Positions 12,480-25,540 of a stretch of 64,000 bases of DNA are shown here, piece by piece. The position numbers were made by a program, and so were the translations under genes. Position 1 is the stretch's first letter. The number at the start of each line of letters is the position of its first letter. Source of the stretch: Eledone cirrhosa (Eukaryota); NCBI GenBank assembly GCA_964016885.1, contig OZ024742.1, positions 361,708,001 through 361,772,000 on the forward strand, written 5' to 3'. The notes under the pieces are model-generated. The model did not search any database. It had not been told where the DNA came from and saw nothing but the letters and a program-made list of their open reading frames with translations.

Positions 12480-14668
12480 TTACAATAAATCTTCGCGCGT
12501 CTGTATCATCTCCTGGTCAGCTCGGTCTGTCTGGTCTCTCGAGTGCTGTCTGAGGTTTTTCACCAGAGAGCGAGAGTGACCATGTATTCATACGCAACTT
12601 CCCATTGGTCAGTTTGATCTTATTGTGTATGCAAATGTTGCTATTGCGAGGTACGACGTAGTTCCACTACATCACCCTCTGCTTAGACTGGAAAGCAGTC
12701 GATAAAAATGAGGAGAAATTGTCTGCAAAGGTAACATAAGTCACGCAAAGCAAATACAAAAATGAAGAGAAAAAAGAATAGTTTATATGTAAATTGTTTT
12801 ACAAAGTTTGTTGGGCCAATGGACATGACCACTGCGAGTTGTCGTGATGTATGTTGAAAGTAAAGGAGTGTTTGTATGTGATTGTGGTGTTTGCGGTGGT
12901 GCTTGTATTGACACATTGTAGAAGAGGGGAGTATGAAGCTCTGGTGTGAGAGCATCTGCGTAGGCCCGCTTTAGTCTGTCAATAGAATGTGTCTTTATGT
13001 CCATTAAAGTCAAAAGTGAAATGTTTATCTCTACGTGCAAGTACACGATAGGGTCCAGAATAAGGTGGAGTGAGAGGACTTCTCACCGTCATTTTTGACA
13101 AAAATATGGGTCCACGAGGAAAGTCCCTCGGAACAGAAGATTTAATGGTTTGTTGCCTAGTTTTCATGAGGCAGGACTTGAAAATACGCACGCAAACGGG
13201 TCACATATAGTGTAGAGTCCTGAGTAGCAAGGTCAACTGGGGAAAGCACCTGGCAGAGAATGTAGTGCCTTACAAAGCTCGGCTGGAAAGAATCCAAGGT
13301 CCTCTTTCATTGAAAGTGCAGATACCAAGTAGTACTATGGGGAGGTAGTCGCTTCAATGTAGAGTATCAGGATAGGCACGCAATACGGCCTTTAACTGGC
13401 GATGAAAACGCTCTACCATTCCATTAGATGCAGGGTGGTAACTGGTAGTCCTAATCAACTATGGTCAAAATCCATGAGAAATCTCTACGTAAATCCAGGT
13501 CCAAAGAGCGAGAGATTTGTCCATACGTAGGGATAGCTGAATGATTTATAGCTTGTAGTGATATGTGTGAGAGAGGAGGTTTTTCTTTCAAGAGTTTTAA
13601 CGGCCAAATGCTGCAAGACGCACTCGTGTCGATGAGGCAGCGTGCGTGCGAGAAGGAATCCGTAATGAAAAATGCACGACTTTCAGTACTGAATTGCGGA
13701 GAAGACGTCGTGCTTAATTCTCCGTTACTTCGTTGGAGATACATTTGTGAGCAGAGGCTCCGAAACGGTTATGGTAAAAGCATGCTCGCGATGGTGAAGG
13801 TTAGAAACGACGACGTGAATAATTCGACCGATTCCGTGACCGTTGTCGGGGAGATCTCGATCTGGATAAACGAAGAAGTTGTACCTCCTTCGTAAGGTCA
13901 AGGATGGCCTTTAGTGTTGCTTCGTTTGTCGAAGTGGCGCTGGCTGAAACTGATGCGACAGGAAAAGGTGAAGCATTTGTTGCAAGTCGTGAAGTGGTAG
14001 TAGTAGTCGAATTGCCGGAGTACTCCAAAATGTTATCAGCGGATGACGCCAACTGATCCACCGAACTGGTTTCGGTCATCGCTGCTAAAATAGCCTGAAC
14101 ATTAGGCCGCAGCCTAGAGAAGAAAAGCTGCTTGATCATGGCGCTGTCGGCCGGTGCGTCTTCCGCCATCTCTCTCATCCTCCGTAAGAGCTGTGTAGGT
14201 GTATAGTCGCCAAGGTGTACATCAAAGACGTTCGTAAACTTTAACAAAATAGTTGCGAACAAAACATGTAAAAATAATTTTTTAAGTTCCGTAGTATCCT
14301 TGAAACAGTAAACAGTAGAGAGTGCGCTTATATTGGCCAAAGTAAAAGCGCGGGAATAAGTGCTGAAGAAAGAGGAGGTGTGTCGCCACATTGGACAAAA
14401 ATGCCATGTCCGAACAAAATATTGTGTTATTGTAAGCTCGACATTTTTTTTATATGTGTGAAGGATGTATTCTTTACAGTCAGGTCACCATTTTATAGAT
14501 AAATCTTCGCGCGTCAACTCGATCTGTCTGGCCTCTCAAATACTGTCTCAGGTTTTTAACAAGAGAGTGAGATTGACCATGTATTCATACGCAACCTCCC
14601 ATTGGTCAGTTTGACATTATTGCGTATGCAAATGTTGGTATTGCGAGGTGCGACGTAGTTCCACTACG
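12480..14668 (-). mobile_element. Gypsy-type LTR retrotransposon deletion derivative (gag, protease, integrase remnants; RT/RNase H missing)
   Basis: LTRs at about 12480-12671 and 14493-14668 begin (T/C)GTAGTGG on the minus strand. PBS TGGTGACC at 14490-14483, purine tract before the 3' LTR, candidate TSD CATT. Protein motifs: gag LGD.TPTQLLRRMRE, protease LIDTSAS, integrase TTSYHPASNGMVERFHRQLK and PPYSGPYRVL. Confidence 0.88.
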
Positions 14669-14699
14669 CATTAAAACAAAGACGATATTATATATAAAC

Positions 14700-15290
14700 T
14701 GCATTAGGAGAACATTTTTATTTAAGCGATCGCCACCTTTTTTCGAAACATTTACCTTCACCAGTTGGATACGTGGCATTGTGCCATCGCCACTCAAACT
14801 CCCTTAAATACGACTGAAATATTGGTCGGCTGGTACCATTGATGCGTTTTAGTTTCTTTTTGGCATGAGACCACATCCCCTCAATATTTTGCGTGTGTGT
14901 ACTTGATATGGGATCAACGAAATGCTTTGAATGATTGACAGTCAGATGTGTATAACGACCAGGCAAATTTGGTATTTGATTGTATACGCGCCACTCATCT
15001 GTATGGATCATAGATCCATTTGCACAGTGCCTTTCAATGAGAGGCAGCAGTCTCAGCAGCCTGATCAGGGATTTCATGGAGATAAATATTGCGGGGATTA
15101 TTAGTATCAATTCCGCCAATGACTCAATGTCCTTCATGCCAGAGCCCACGAGCATATTTACGATGAAAATATTTGCTCTCATCAATTTGTACAGTTATTG
15201 GTATTCCGTTAGAATCAAGACCACCGAGTATCGCTGGATTTTGCTCAACCCATTCACTACATACATCACGCATAAAATTGCACCAGTCGG
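14700..15290 (-). mobile_element. Merlin (IS1595/ISXO2-like DDE) transposase remnant
   Basis: DWCNFMRDVC..VQIDESKYFHRKYARG in one frame, then IHTDEW..Y, HLTVNHS.HFVDP..THTQNIEGMWS.AK and YLREFEWR in ORF 14718-15185. Confidence 0.85.
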
Positions 15291-15404
15291 TAAAAAAAAA
15301 TTACTGTATATCGCAACAATATATTGTTTAAAGAATTTTTTTTTCTGTTGTTAAAAACTGTAGATCTGTTTGAAAAAAAAATGTATTTCGCAGCAATAAT
15401 TTTT

Positions 15405-15535
15405 CTGTTAAAAACTGTAAATAAATATTCATGTAAAAATGAAGCATAGTGTTTCTGTTAAAAACTTAAAAATTGTAAATAAATATTCATGTAAAAATGA
15501 AGCATAGTGTTTCTGTTAAAAACTGTAAATAAATA
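15405..15535 (+). repeat. Short tandem duplication (about 55-60 bp unit)
   Basis: tgtaaataaatattcatgtaaaaatgaagcatagtgtttctgttaaaaact occurs twice, plus a partial third copy. Confidence 0.7.
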
Positions 15536-15889
15536 TTTATTTTGTTCAAAAAATATATCAAAAATCTAATTTTCTCTGTTAATATTTTAATAAACATTTA
15601 TTCTAAAAATTCAATGTTTTTTCGTGTAAAACTGAAGCATGTAAGAAAATTAACACGTAAAAAGCAAGCAGCAGCAGCAGCTGATGACGTATCGTGACGT
15701 ATCGTGTAGTGGGTGGAGCTAATAATTGAATGTCGATGATGATAATTTAGGACACTAAAACCAAGTATCGCCCCAACCCTAACCGTAAATATATTACATT
15801 TGTTTTAATCTTTAGTCACTTTACGGATATAAACGACGGGAGTAACTTTGGTTGGGGTTCACCGGGCGAAATTAATTCTGCACCCCTCT

Positions 15890-16690
15890 CAGGCACGCGC
15901 TAGCTCGTATCACAAGGCAAAAAAATCTAAAAAAAAACTCGTATGTCGGTTCACTCGTATCTCAAGGTATCACTGTATTTAAAACATATTTGTTATGTTA
16001 TTCTACTGTAAATTTATTTATATGCTCTGTTTATATTTTCATTCTGAAAGAATTGCAAACGATTTCTAATGTTATTTATACAACTGTGAATAAAGGAGAA
16101 ATTTGATAGTTTGTTATCAACTAAATACATTTGGAACAATTATTTACATCTTACAATTTGAAATTTTATTATATATTAAATAAAGTACCAGTAATACACT
16201 GAATATTTGCCGGCCTTGTGCCAAAAGTAGAAACAATTATTATATATTAAATAACGTTACAAATGGGAGTGAAAATATAAACACATATGATATATACAAA
16301 GCATATAAATAAATTTACAGTAGAATAACATAAATATGTTTTAAATATATACATAACACTACAAATGCTTAAGTAACAGTATACATTGAAGGGGTGGAAA
16401 ACGAAGCCAACACCAGAGCAAAAGACAGCAGCCAGGGGTACTGGGCAACCTCTCTAATGATTTTTTAGGCAAGCCAGCACACTGGCAGTGTTACCTCGAG
16501 TGATGGCGAGGCTGATGTGCCGGAAGAAACAAGCGCCCTCGCCAGATTCGCCAGTTACCTCTATTAGGCGAGCCGCCAGTGAAGAGAGGAACCTCGCAGT
16601 CAGCGGCCCGACTCCCCACAGGCTGAAAAATGTACCCCTCGCTGCTGTCTTTTGCTCTGGTGTTGGCTCTGTTGTTCAACCGTTCCTTTG
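15890..16690. mobile_element. MITE/DNA-transposon debris with nested inverted repeats
   Basis: Tigger-like end ctcgtatctcaaggtatcactg-TA at about 15955-15977. One inverted pair at about 15978-16025 and 16300-16345, another at about 16405-16441 and 16632-16668. Confidence 0.55.
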
Positions 16691-17446
16691 CATTTTCATA
16701 AATAAATTGTGACAGTTTTTCAAAGCTAGAAATCAAATAGAGATATTATTATACACATTGTATTATGTGTTTTTATTTTCATTCTGAAATAACTGTGAAC
16801 AATTTGTAATGTTAATTAAACACCTGTAAATAAAACCAATTAAATATTTAACAGAACTACTCAGTTTAGCATACCTTTGTCTTCTTTCTACCTCCCTCGC
16901 CTTGCTTCATTATGAGAAATTCTAGTTTCCTCTCTTAATTCATTTCTTCTTTCTTCTGTTAAATTTCCTCTGAACTCTTTTTCCTTATATCATTAATATT
17001 ATTGTTGTTTAAGTTAGTTGTTGCATTGAAATGGTTATCACTATTATGCGTTGTATCAATATTGATAACGTAATTTTCTGAAGTGACTCTGTTGTAACAT
17101 AAATGTCTTATTTGCTTCCATGGACGAGAAAGGATAGTAAGAAGAAATAAAAAAGTTTCGAGAAGAAAGAATAGTGGTCCATTTGTTCAAACAATGAAAC
17201 ACAACTTAGTAAACAATTCTTATGTTGACGCTTAGCAAATTTTCACCGAAAATCAAATTCACCGCCGTTCGTCTATAATTTCGGCATGTGGGTGTGTGCG
17301 CACGTGTGTCATACACGCAATCATGTAATTATCTCCCCCTGGCAAACATAAGCATCATATGGCAATTTAGAAGCTCTTTCTGTATTAAATACAGCATATA
17401 CACTACTATTTCTTTTGCATTCAAGAGTTCTATAATAATAATAATA

Positions 17447-17640
17447 ATTGTTTCTACGTTAGGCACAAGGCCAGCAATTACACAGTGCATTACTGGTACT
17501 TTATTTTATCGACCCCGTAAGGATGATAGTCAAAGTTAACCTTGGCGGGATTTGAACTCAGAATGGAAAGGGCCGTAACTCTATGCGTCAAAGCATGACG
17601 TCCGACCCTCTACCGATACTGCCAATCCACCGCCCTTCTA
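17447..17640 (-). mobile_element. tRNA-related SINE family B (also at 25198-25378 minus; 39159-39341, 39393-39570, 62125-62238 and 62936-63010 plus)
   Basis: Shared ggtggattggcagtatcggtagag...ctgagttcaaatcccgccgaggttgactttgcctttcatccttacggggtcgataaaataaagtaccag with B-box-like GAGTTCAAATCC and a (TAT)n tail. Confidence 0.85.
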
Positions 17641-17649
17641 TAATAATAG

Positions 17650-17862
17650 AATGAATCGAACTGGGTTTTCCAAATATAGAGAATATCTCCAATATATGTT
17701 TAATTACTACGTCCGTTGTTATCTCTTTACAGGGAATGGCGAATGGAAAACGTGAGTACTCGTCAACTATAGTTAACATAAATCGAAAACCGTTTGAGAC
17801 AGCCATGGGATCCACAAAGTCCATTGATAGTCTTTCCCAGGTCTTGTGGCATGTATTAATCT
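17650..17862 (-). pseudogene. LTR-retrotransposon integrase core fragment
   Basis: MDFVDP...SNGFRFMLTIVDEYSRFPFAIPC....T..VI..I.EIFSIFG.P.SIHS, an rve-type integrase with the first catalytic Asp. Confidence 0.8.
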
Positions 17863-18635
17863 TCCGTTGTCAGCTGATGGCCCTCCTCTTTTGTGCAGCA
17901 GATATTTGGTAGGGAGTTCTTGTTCCTGTATTGCATAGAGATATCCCTCAAGGTGTGATGTCATAAACTTGTCGGAACTCCATGCCAGGCTTTTTGACTG
18001 GTTTATCCCCTCTATGGTCTGTGTTTTACGTCTCAAGTATCCGTGCACAACTTTTTCTGTAAATTGGTCAATTTTTTCATCTTCTCTGAACAAACATTGA
18101 ATAGGATCTTCCGATTTCTCTGGGTGAGAGATTTATATCAGGCTTTATTCCATATCTCTCCTCCAGATCAGTGGCTATCCTAATGATTTTTTTTTTCATG
18201 CTCATAAACCTGGGCCATAAACCTTTTTCCTCTGTTGAAGATGTTGCTTCAGTGTTACTATCCGGGTCTCATATGATGTTAATATGGATTTTAGACCCCG
18301 GCCACCTTCCTTGCGTGAGAAGTATAGCCTATCCACATCACCATTGATGTTAAAGTTCCCAGTAACACTGAGATGTTTGCGAGTTCTAACATCCATCTCA
18401 CTTACTTCTTGCAATGACCAGTTCAGCAGGCCAAATGTTGGCGTTAGAATTGGCAGAGCATAAGTATTGTGGGCAATGTATTTGTTGTACGCTGACAGTT
18501 CTGATGACCATATTTTCTTTACTCTTCTGAGGTACTCAGTTCTGGTTCTCTCCTTCTTTATGGGTCCATCATATCTGACATTCTCATACTGTCAAAGATA
18601 TCTGTAGTTATCACCTGACTGTAGAGGTTGTATTG
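17863..18635 (-). mobile_element. Internal fragment of the R4/Dong element found at 28358-31957
   Basis: Nearly identical reverse complement of about 30514-31296 (DVRTRK.LSVTGNFNINGDVDRLYFSRKEGGRGL; HLEGYLYAIQEQ). Confidence 0.9.
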
Positions 18636-19119
18636 TCAGGCCGCTGTCTTCTCATCACAACTGGAGCTAGTAGGCCTCCACGTGGAGACGGTGACACCAC
18701 ATCTTGTGACACGTTCTCCGCCAGCCTCACAAAAAAAAAATAAAATAACGGAAAATAAACAAATACGGTGGAAGGTCACCACCGCTGACACCTCACTCGT
18801 ACTTTGACCCCGTACAGCCGAGCTCCAAAACAATGTCGGAACGTTGGTGGCTGGCTGTTGCAGCGCGTGTCGCTGGGCATTGTCCGCGAGGCACGGCTCT
18901 TATGCCTCCATGCCCTACGCCCGAAGCCCCATCATCCTCTCCCTTCACCTTTACCTCTCTTCTGCGACACTAGTTTTTCCTACCACCCTCCTCTTCCCGT
19001 GTCTTAATTTTTGCAGTTGTAGTATGTATGTGAGTGTGTGTAACATCACCACCCCACCATCAACATAAACACCACCACCACTACTATCACCAACAACACT
19101 ACAACTACCATCATGGTGG

Positions 19120-19156
<37 letters not shown>

Positions 19157-19726
19157 GAAAATTGCCGATGGTGTCGGAAAATATATGTATCTGTGTACAC
19201 GTCTCACAATGGTTGTGTATTTTCTTTCGTATCGTTTATTTATTTCATCAAGGCTAAGTCATGTCGGCTTGAGTAAATGGAGGTTGGGTGCAGTTTCGTT
19301 TCAAAAAGTCTCAGTTAAACAGTAATAACAATGATAAAACATTTCTGACCTGCCTGACCTTAAGAACAACTTAAATTGGCGCCATAAGGCTAGAGGGTTG
19401 AAAATTAAAATGTAGGATCGAACCTAATGCTAATCAGATAGGAAACTATTGCAAAACATGTTATAGGTTTAGGTTATCTAGGTAAGAGAATATGTATTAT
19501 ATATACATCATACCACGTGGACCATACCGCACCGGAGTACTCGATATTTACGGTCGTATAGAGGGTCATAAGGAACAGAGTCAGGACCCCGACGGCTGGG
19601 CTCCGGCTGTTTAGACACCTACAACCAAACGGAGCAACGTGCGACACATAAACAACCCTGGCCAGACGACCCGTCCAACCCATGCAAGCAGAGAAAAATT
19701 GTCGTTAAACGGAAATGGTGATAATA

Positions 19727-20633
19727 TATAGAAACAAATTTGATATCATTTCGCAATCTACTAACTTTGCCAGTTCCCGTTCAAATGACTTCAAATTTTA
19801 ACAGCATGTGTAGAAACAGGTCATAATTACATGTTTAATGTGTCATATGTTTATCTTTTCAGGTATAGAAATGGCATTCACTCAAAGTGATGAGGCCACA
19901 TTTCATACGAATGGCAAAATCAATAAGCATAATGTTCGCATTTGGGGCGAAGAAAATACCCTTGCCACAGTTGAGCACGAGAAGGACTCACCAAAAGTGA
20001 ATATGTTCTGCGCCATCTCCAAGAAGCATCTTCATGGTCCGTTTTTCTTCGAGGGAAATGTCACCGGCGATGTTTATCTGCAAATGCTTCACAACTGGCT
20101 AATGGATCAGCTCATTGCAAATGAACATGAAGACTTCATTTTTCAACAGGACGTGGCTCTACCTCACTGGAAGCTCACTGTGCGGACTTATCTCAATGAC
20201 AATCTGCGAGAGAGATGGATCGGGCGTGCTGGTGATGAAGACAATGTGCTGTTGAAATGGCGGCCACGTTCACCTCACCTGACACCTTGCGATTTTTTTC
20301 TCTGGGGCTATGTGAAAGGCCTGGTCTATGTACTCCCTCTTCCTGCAAACGGGAGATGGGCCTCAAGCAGAGAATCAATACTGCACTGGAGACTGTTACC
20401 CAAGACATGCTGCAGCGTGTTTGGGAGGAGCTGGACTACCGACTTGACGTGTTCCGTGTCTCGGGCGGTGCGTTCATGGAATCCACACACCATTCAAGTT
20501 CTCATTCAAATTTGGAGGAATAAATCTTATGTTGCTCAACATTAAGCCTATTTAGTTTCATTTGCTTTGACTATGTCGTTTCTGTGATATTTACATCTCA
20601 AATGATATCAAATTTTTGGAAACAAACTGTATA
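19727..20633 (+). mobile_element. Tc1/mariner-superfamily transposon remnant (maT/rosa-like DDD transposase, internally deleted)
   Basis: Motifs SDEATFH.NG.INKHN.RIWG, SPKVN.FCAIS, FQQD.A.PH, RWIGR and RSP.LTPCDFFLWGYVK. Imperfect TIRs contain aaatttgatatcattt (about 19737 and 20600), and the right end is ACTG-TA. Confidence 0.85.
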
Positions 20634-22471
20634 TATAAGTTTATTACGGGTTCAATCAGAGCTAACAACAGTAAGTAAGGTACTCAATACATAACAGAAT
20701 ATAAATATTTAATATAGTAATGACTTCTACATGACTATAACTGTTTCATTCGGGAGAATTATATGCGTGTGTGTGTGTTTTAATGACCATATACATACAT
20801 ACATCCCTCCCCTCATAAACAGTCCTTCACATCATTGTCAAGTCACACGTTAGCAGGTTTTGTATTGAGAAGTGTCCATTCAATTCACAGTACTTGGCTC
20901 CGATGCTGTGCTGCCGCTGTGAAAGGGGTTTCGAGCGGCCAACTGGACTGTCACTTCTCATAACAGTGCAATCTAGTCCCAGGCTGCCACAGTCATCTTT
21001 CGTATTGAGAAGTATCCATCGCGGGGAGAGTGTCCGGCTCCGAAACTGGGGTGCCGCTGTAAGAAGGGTTCGGTGCGGCAAACTGGCGGCCTCTTCCTCC
21101 TCATAATGATATCACTGGTCACTTCGCATAGTGTGCCATCCAACACCATGCTCCAAAACTGGTAATGTGTGATGGCCGCCCCTCTTCATAGTGGTGACAC
21201 ACTGTCGCTACATTGTCAGCTGTAACATACTCAGCCGAAACGAGTGTTTGAGACATAAAGGTTTTTAGATAAATATAAACACTTATAGCGTGATTCTCGG
21301 GGAGATTCAGGATCAAATATTCATCTATATATACCACAGACAAATTATATATATAATATACAGTTCTAGTCCTGCAGAAGACATTTCTAGATTCAATATT
21401 TATACTATGCTATGTATTGAGTACCTTACTGTGGTTACCCCAGATTGAACCTGGGACCAACTCACACACACACATTTTTATATATACACCTACCCATACA
21501 CATGCACTCAGTTTGACGTACGCACAGATACATTCTGATAGCTGTATAATAGCTGCGGTTAAAGAGCGGTGTATGTCATAAATTAGATTCTTTTATTGTT
21601 AACAAAGAACAAAGAACATGGCGGTAAATGTTGACTGACTCCAAAAGATAAAAAATAAATATTCGTTAAATTTTTTAAAACTATATTTCAGTTTTTCTTT
21701 GTAAATATTCATTTCCTCTCTCAATAATCTATAGTGACATATCATCACTGTTAGATACACATGTGTGTATTATCGGAATCAAAGTAACAACACGCGTAAT
21801 TGTTTTAGAGAAAACATGGGGGTGGGTGGGTTACCCTTAGAAACAGCACTCTCTCTCTCTGTCCTTGTCTGTATCTCTATAACTGTGTCTTTCTATCTAT
21901 CACCCTCCTCTCTCTCTATATATACATATATCTTTCTATCAGTATGTCTATCTTTCACCAATTTTATTTCCTTCACTTTGACTACGTAGTTCAACTGATG
22001 GCGGTGGTGGCGACAGTGTTGGTGTAGTGGTGTGTTGGCCTGGTGGTGTGGTAGTGTTGTGGTGGCGTGGTGATGAAATATCAACCACGTGGAACACAAA
22101 ATAGAATGAATAAATAAATATATATATATATTTATACACACGCACACACACACGTATGTATGTATATGTGCGTTGTGCAATGACAAAACTAATTCCACCT
22201 CTCTCTATACCGCCCCCTACAACAAAAGCAATAACAACAATAACAACTATTAGCACTACTACTACTACTAATATTACAAACAACAATAACAATAATAATT
22301 GTTTCTGATTTGGGCAAAATACAAACATTTTGAGGGGACGCTCTACCGATTACTGCAGACACGTTACCCATCTAATAATAATATACTGTACATAAAAATC
22401 ACAACACCATACATAATGGCTGCGCCCTCGTTATCGAGTATGGCCATTGCGAGATATAACATTATTGATAA

Positions 22472-24700
22472 CTAGCAGTTTAGCCCGGTGTTACTCGGGT
22501 TTGTTCATTTGCTATGAAAAGTTACATACAGGTAAACGTAGCTTGAAAGCGCATAAGCTTATCAATTAAGTGCATAAAGCAGTTGAACCGGTTATTAATA
22601 GTTACGAACCAATTAGCATTTTGGACAATCAATGATGGGTTAATAATCTTCCAATAGCGAATTTAGTAGAACAAAGTTGCAAGATGGTGGCCCTGATGCC
22701 GCTGCGTGTCAGATCTGTCCGCTATGGGTGACCCTACCAGTTTTCCAGACGGCATAACTCCAACATTTATAGCACTTCATTGTAGACGATATTGCGTGTC
22801 ATCCCTTGAGGAGTGTAAGCAAAAAGTCCATTCCTGCTCCATACGCGGAAACAAGCAACATAAAGTTGGCCATGGGAGTAGCATGGCTCCCCCAAATGGA
22901 TGACCGCCACCAACAATGTTTGCCCTTGTGACTTGTTAATGGACATGGAAAAAAATGGTCTCAACGGGAATTGGGATCGCCGGAAATCGAACGGGATATC
23001 TGACGCCGAGGGGGAAAGGTTCATCCTTGGAATGAAGACATCTCCCCTCTCCCGCACCCCGTTACAATGGTGGCCTCAATCAAGTGGGGCGTCAGTGACT
23101 TGACGACCATGCGAGTACCGTTGCACTGCTTTGGTGGACGCAAGTTCCTTATTAGCATAATGGGACAGCCAACCATAATCTTAAGAATAAGAGGTAGGAC
23201 CCCTGGGGGCTCAAGGGAATTTAATAACTCAACCGGATAATTAACGATATCGTCGGGGTTTGACGCCCGGTTGATAGATTTGAAGATGTGTTCTTTACCG
23301 GGAATCTTCTCAATCAGCTGCTCGTTAATAAAATTACCCATGGTATTTTTCGGAGCAAGGATGGCTCTTTCGCTGAGCTAATCGAGGTTTTTAAAGTTAG
23401 ATGAGACATTAGGAAAAACTGCTTCCAAAAGGTCAGAAGGGCTGCTCACAATGTTGCACAGCGAGTCGATTGCTATGCCGCCCTTGTCATCCGCAGGGAC
23501 CTTGCTCTCACAAAGTGCTAAAATATTCTGAGCAAATGCTGCAGACATGTCACCATGCAAATGAGCACGCATATTTGTGCTCAGGTACAAACTCTTCACC
23601 TGGAGCCACAACATGGACGACTTAAGGCAGGCACGCACTTCATCAGCTCTTGTCCCTTTGGGGATGACAGGCAGCGTTTGCGGAAAATCTCCATAGGAGC
23701 CGTAGAATCCCTAATGTCTTTCAGGGTCCTGTCCAATGGCTCAACGGCACCCTTGCGTGCACTCATCCCAAACAATGAGGCAACATTTTTTGAGAACCAG
23801 AGCTTCGTGTGAACTCTTGCTGATATTGCATGTTGGTGTCTCACTTTTTACTAAATCCAAGGGGAGTTTAAAGGTTGAATGTGCTGTTCTGCCTCCCGGC
23901 AGCAAAGTAGCAGCGATCCCGGACGATGCAACGGCCAACGTAATTTTTTTCTCCTGACGAATCTTAGCGAGAAACAATTTTGTTACAAAAGTTTTTCCGG
24001 TACCCCCAGGAGCATCGAGAAAGTAAATACCCCCAGTCTGATTTTGAACCGCGTCAATGATATAGTTAAATAGGCAAACCTTTGGTCCGACAGAAGTTTG
24101 GGCTCATTTTCATCAAAGTATTGGGAAAGAGATTCGATGTTATATGCTGTTTCCCGCAACAAATCCGGGGCCAACGTGTTAGCTTCCTCTCTGACGGTTG
24201 ACGGCAAGCCATACGTCGCCAACTCACTCCCAGCCATGTCGTAGATAATGTCGCTGTAACCAACTTCCACTGAAGTATACTGCAGATGAGCCAGGCGCAG
24301 GAAGTCCTCAGACGAAGTCTCTGTACTTGACCCATAAACATTTGGGATCACCCAATTCACACTTTTGAAGCAAAATGGCAAAGAGTTCCCCTAGACCTTT
24401 AGGTGATTTCAACAAAGCACCCTCTGCTAAAGTGAAATCCCATTGCGAATCATCTTCCAAAAAACCACGATGAAAGCAGGCTTCCTGTTACGTATCACAT
24501 ATTTATCGAAGAGTTTTGAGGTTCTGAAAACTTTGTGGGCCTACAACTTCATGCAGAAGAAGGCGGAAATGAAAGTATTCATGCTGACTTGGGGGCACAG
24601 TGTAAACCCTTCCAAGACAGCTGTCAAATTTTACACCAGGATGTCTTTCAGCAGCCTGACCTGACTTTCTTCGCACCCAAGTGTTTTTCGACCATATATA
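22472..24700 (-). mobile_element. Helitron 3' portion: decayed PIF1-like helicase and canonical 3' terminus
   Basis: Helicase motifs DA.GGTGKTF, VASSGIAATLLPGGRTAHSTFKLPL, IVWDEC, LIRNL.....CNGTRM, QFPLR..FSMSINKSQGQTL and HGQLYVAC. The 3' end has hairpin cccgagtaacaccggg followed by CTAG-T at 22472. Confidence 0.92.
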
Positions 24701-24717
24701 CCAATATACATTTGTAG

Positions 24718-24788
<71 letters not shown>

Positions 24789-25039
24789 CAGAGAGAGAAA
24801 GATATATATAGAGAGAGAGGAGACAGAGAGAAGGGAGAGAACGAAAAACTCTAAGTCATATCTTGTTGAGTTAACTTAACAATTGGGATGAAATGAATAA
24901 ATAACATTTCTAATTTTATTTATTCATTTCATCTCAATTGTTAAGTTAACTCAACAAGATATGACTTAGAGTTTTTCGTTCTCTCCCCCTCTCTCTGTCT
25001 CTTCTTTCTCTCTATATATCTTTCTCTCTCTGTTGTTTT

Positions 25040-25097
<58 letters not shown>

Positions 25098-25475
25098 CTC
25101 TCTCTCTCTCTTTTTCTCTCTCTCCTTCTTTATCTTTATCTTTCTCCGTAACCCAACGGCTTATTTTAAAAATAAAAATATCCAATACTAATAATAATTG
25201 TTTCTACTTTAGGCACAAGGACAGCAATTACCCAGTGCATTACTGGTACTTTATTTTATCGACCCCGTAAGGATGAAAGGCAAAGTCAACCTCGGCGGGA
25301 TTTGAACTCAGATCGTAAAGGGACGTAACTATGCTGGAAAGCATGGTGTCCGACCCTCTACCGATACTGCCAATCCACAATTAAGCTTCAACTCCACTAT
25401 CCGGGAGCTTCCAACAGTAATGGTTGCATTTTTTAAGGGTATGTCAATATTTATTTATAAAACCGATCTATATTA

Positions 25476-25540
25476 TATTTTATCTGATGAAAGCACACCA
25501 TAATTTAACTTGGTGTCCTTGAAATATGTATAATGAAATA
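25476..25540 (+). ncRNA. Type I hammerhead ribozyme motif
   Basis: tattttat-CTGATGA-AAGcACACCA(10 nt)TGGTGTcCTT-GAAA-TATGTA-TA-atgaaata, with an 8-bp stem I. Confidence 0.8.

Noticed and set aside
14718-15185. Bacterial IS1595/ISXO2 transposase suggesting contamination or HGT
   Set aside because: Eukaryotic Merlin transposons share these motifs, and the copy is decayed and embedded among animal repeats.
18636-19010. GC-richer segment with several short ORFs
   Set aside because: I could not recognise any domain, splice structure or repeat partner, so it is left unassigned.
22767-24381. Host PIF1 helicase gene
   Set aside because: It is intronless, multiply frameshifted, and followed by a Helitron hairpin-CTAG terminus.
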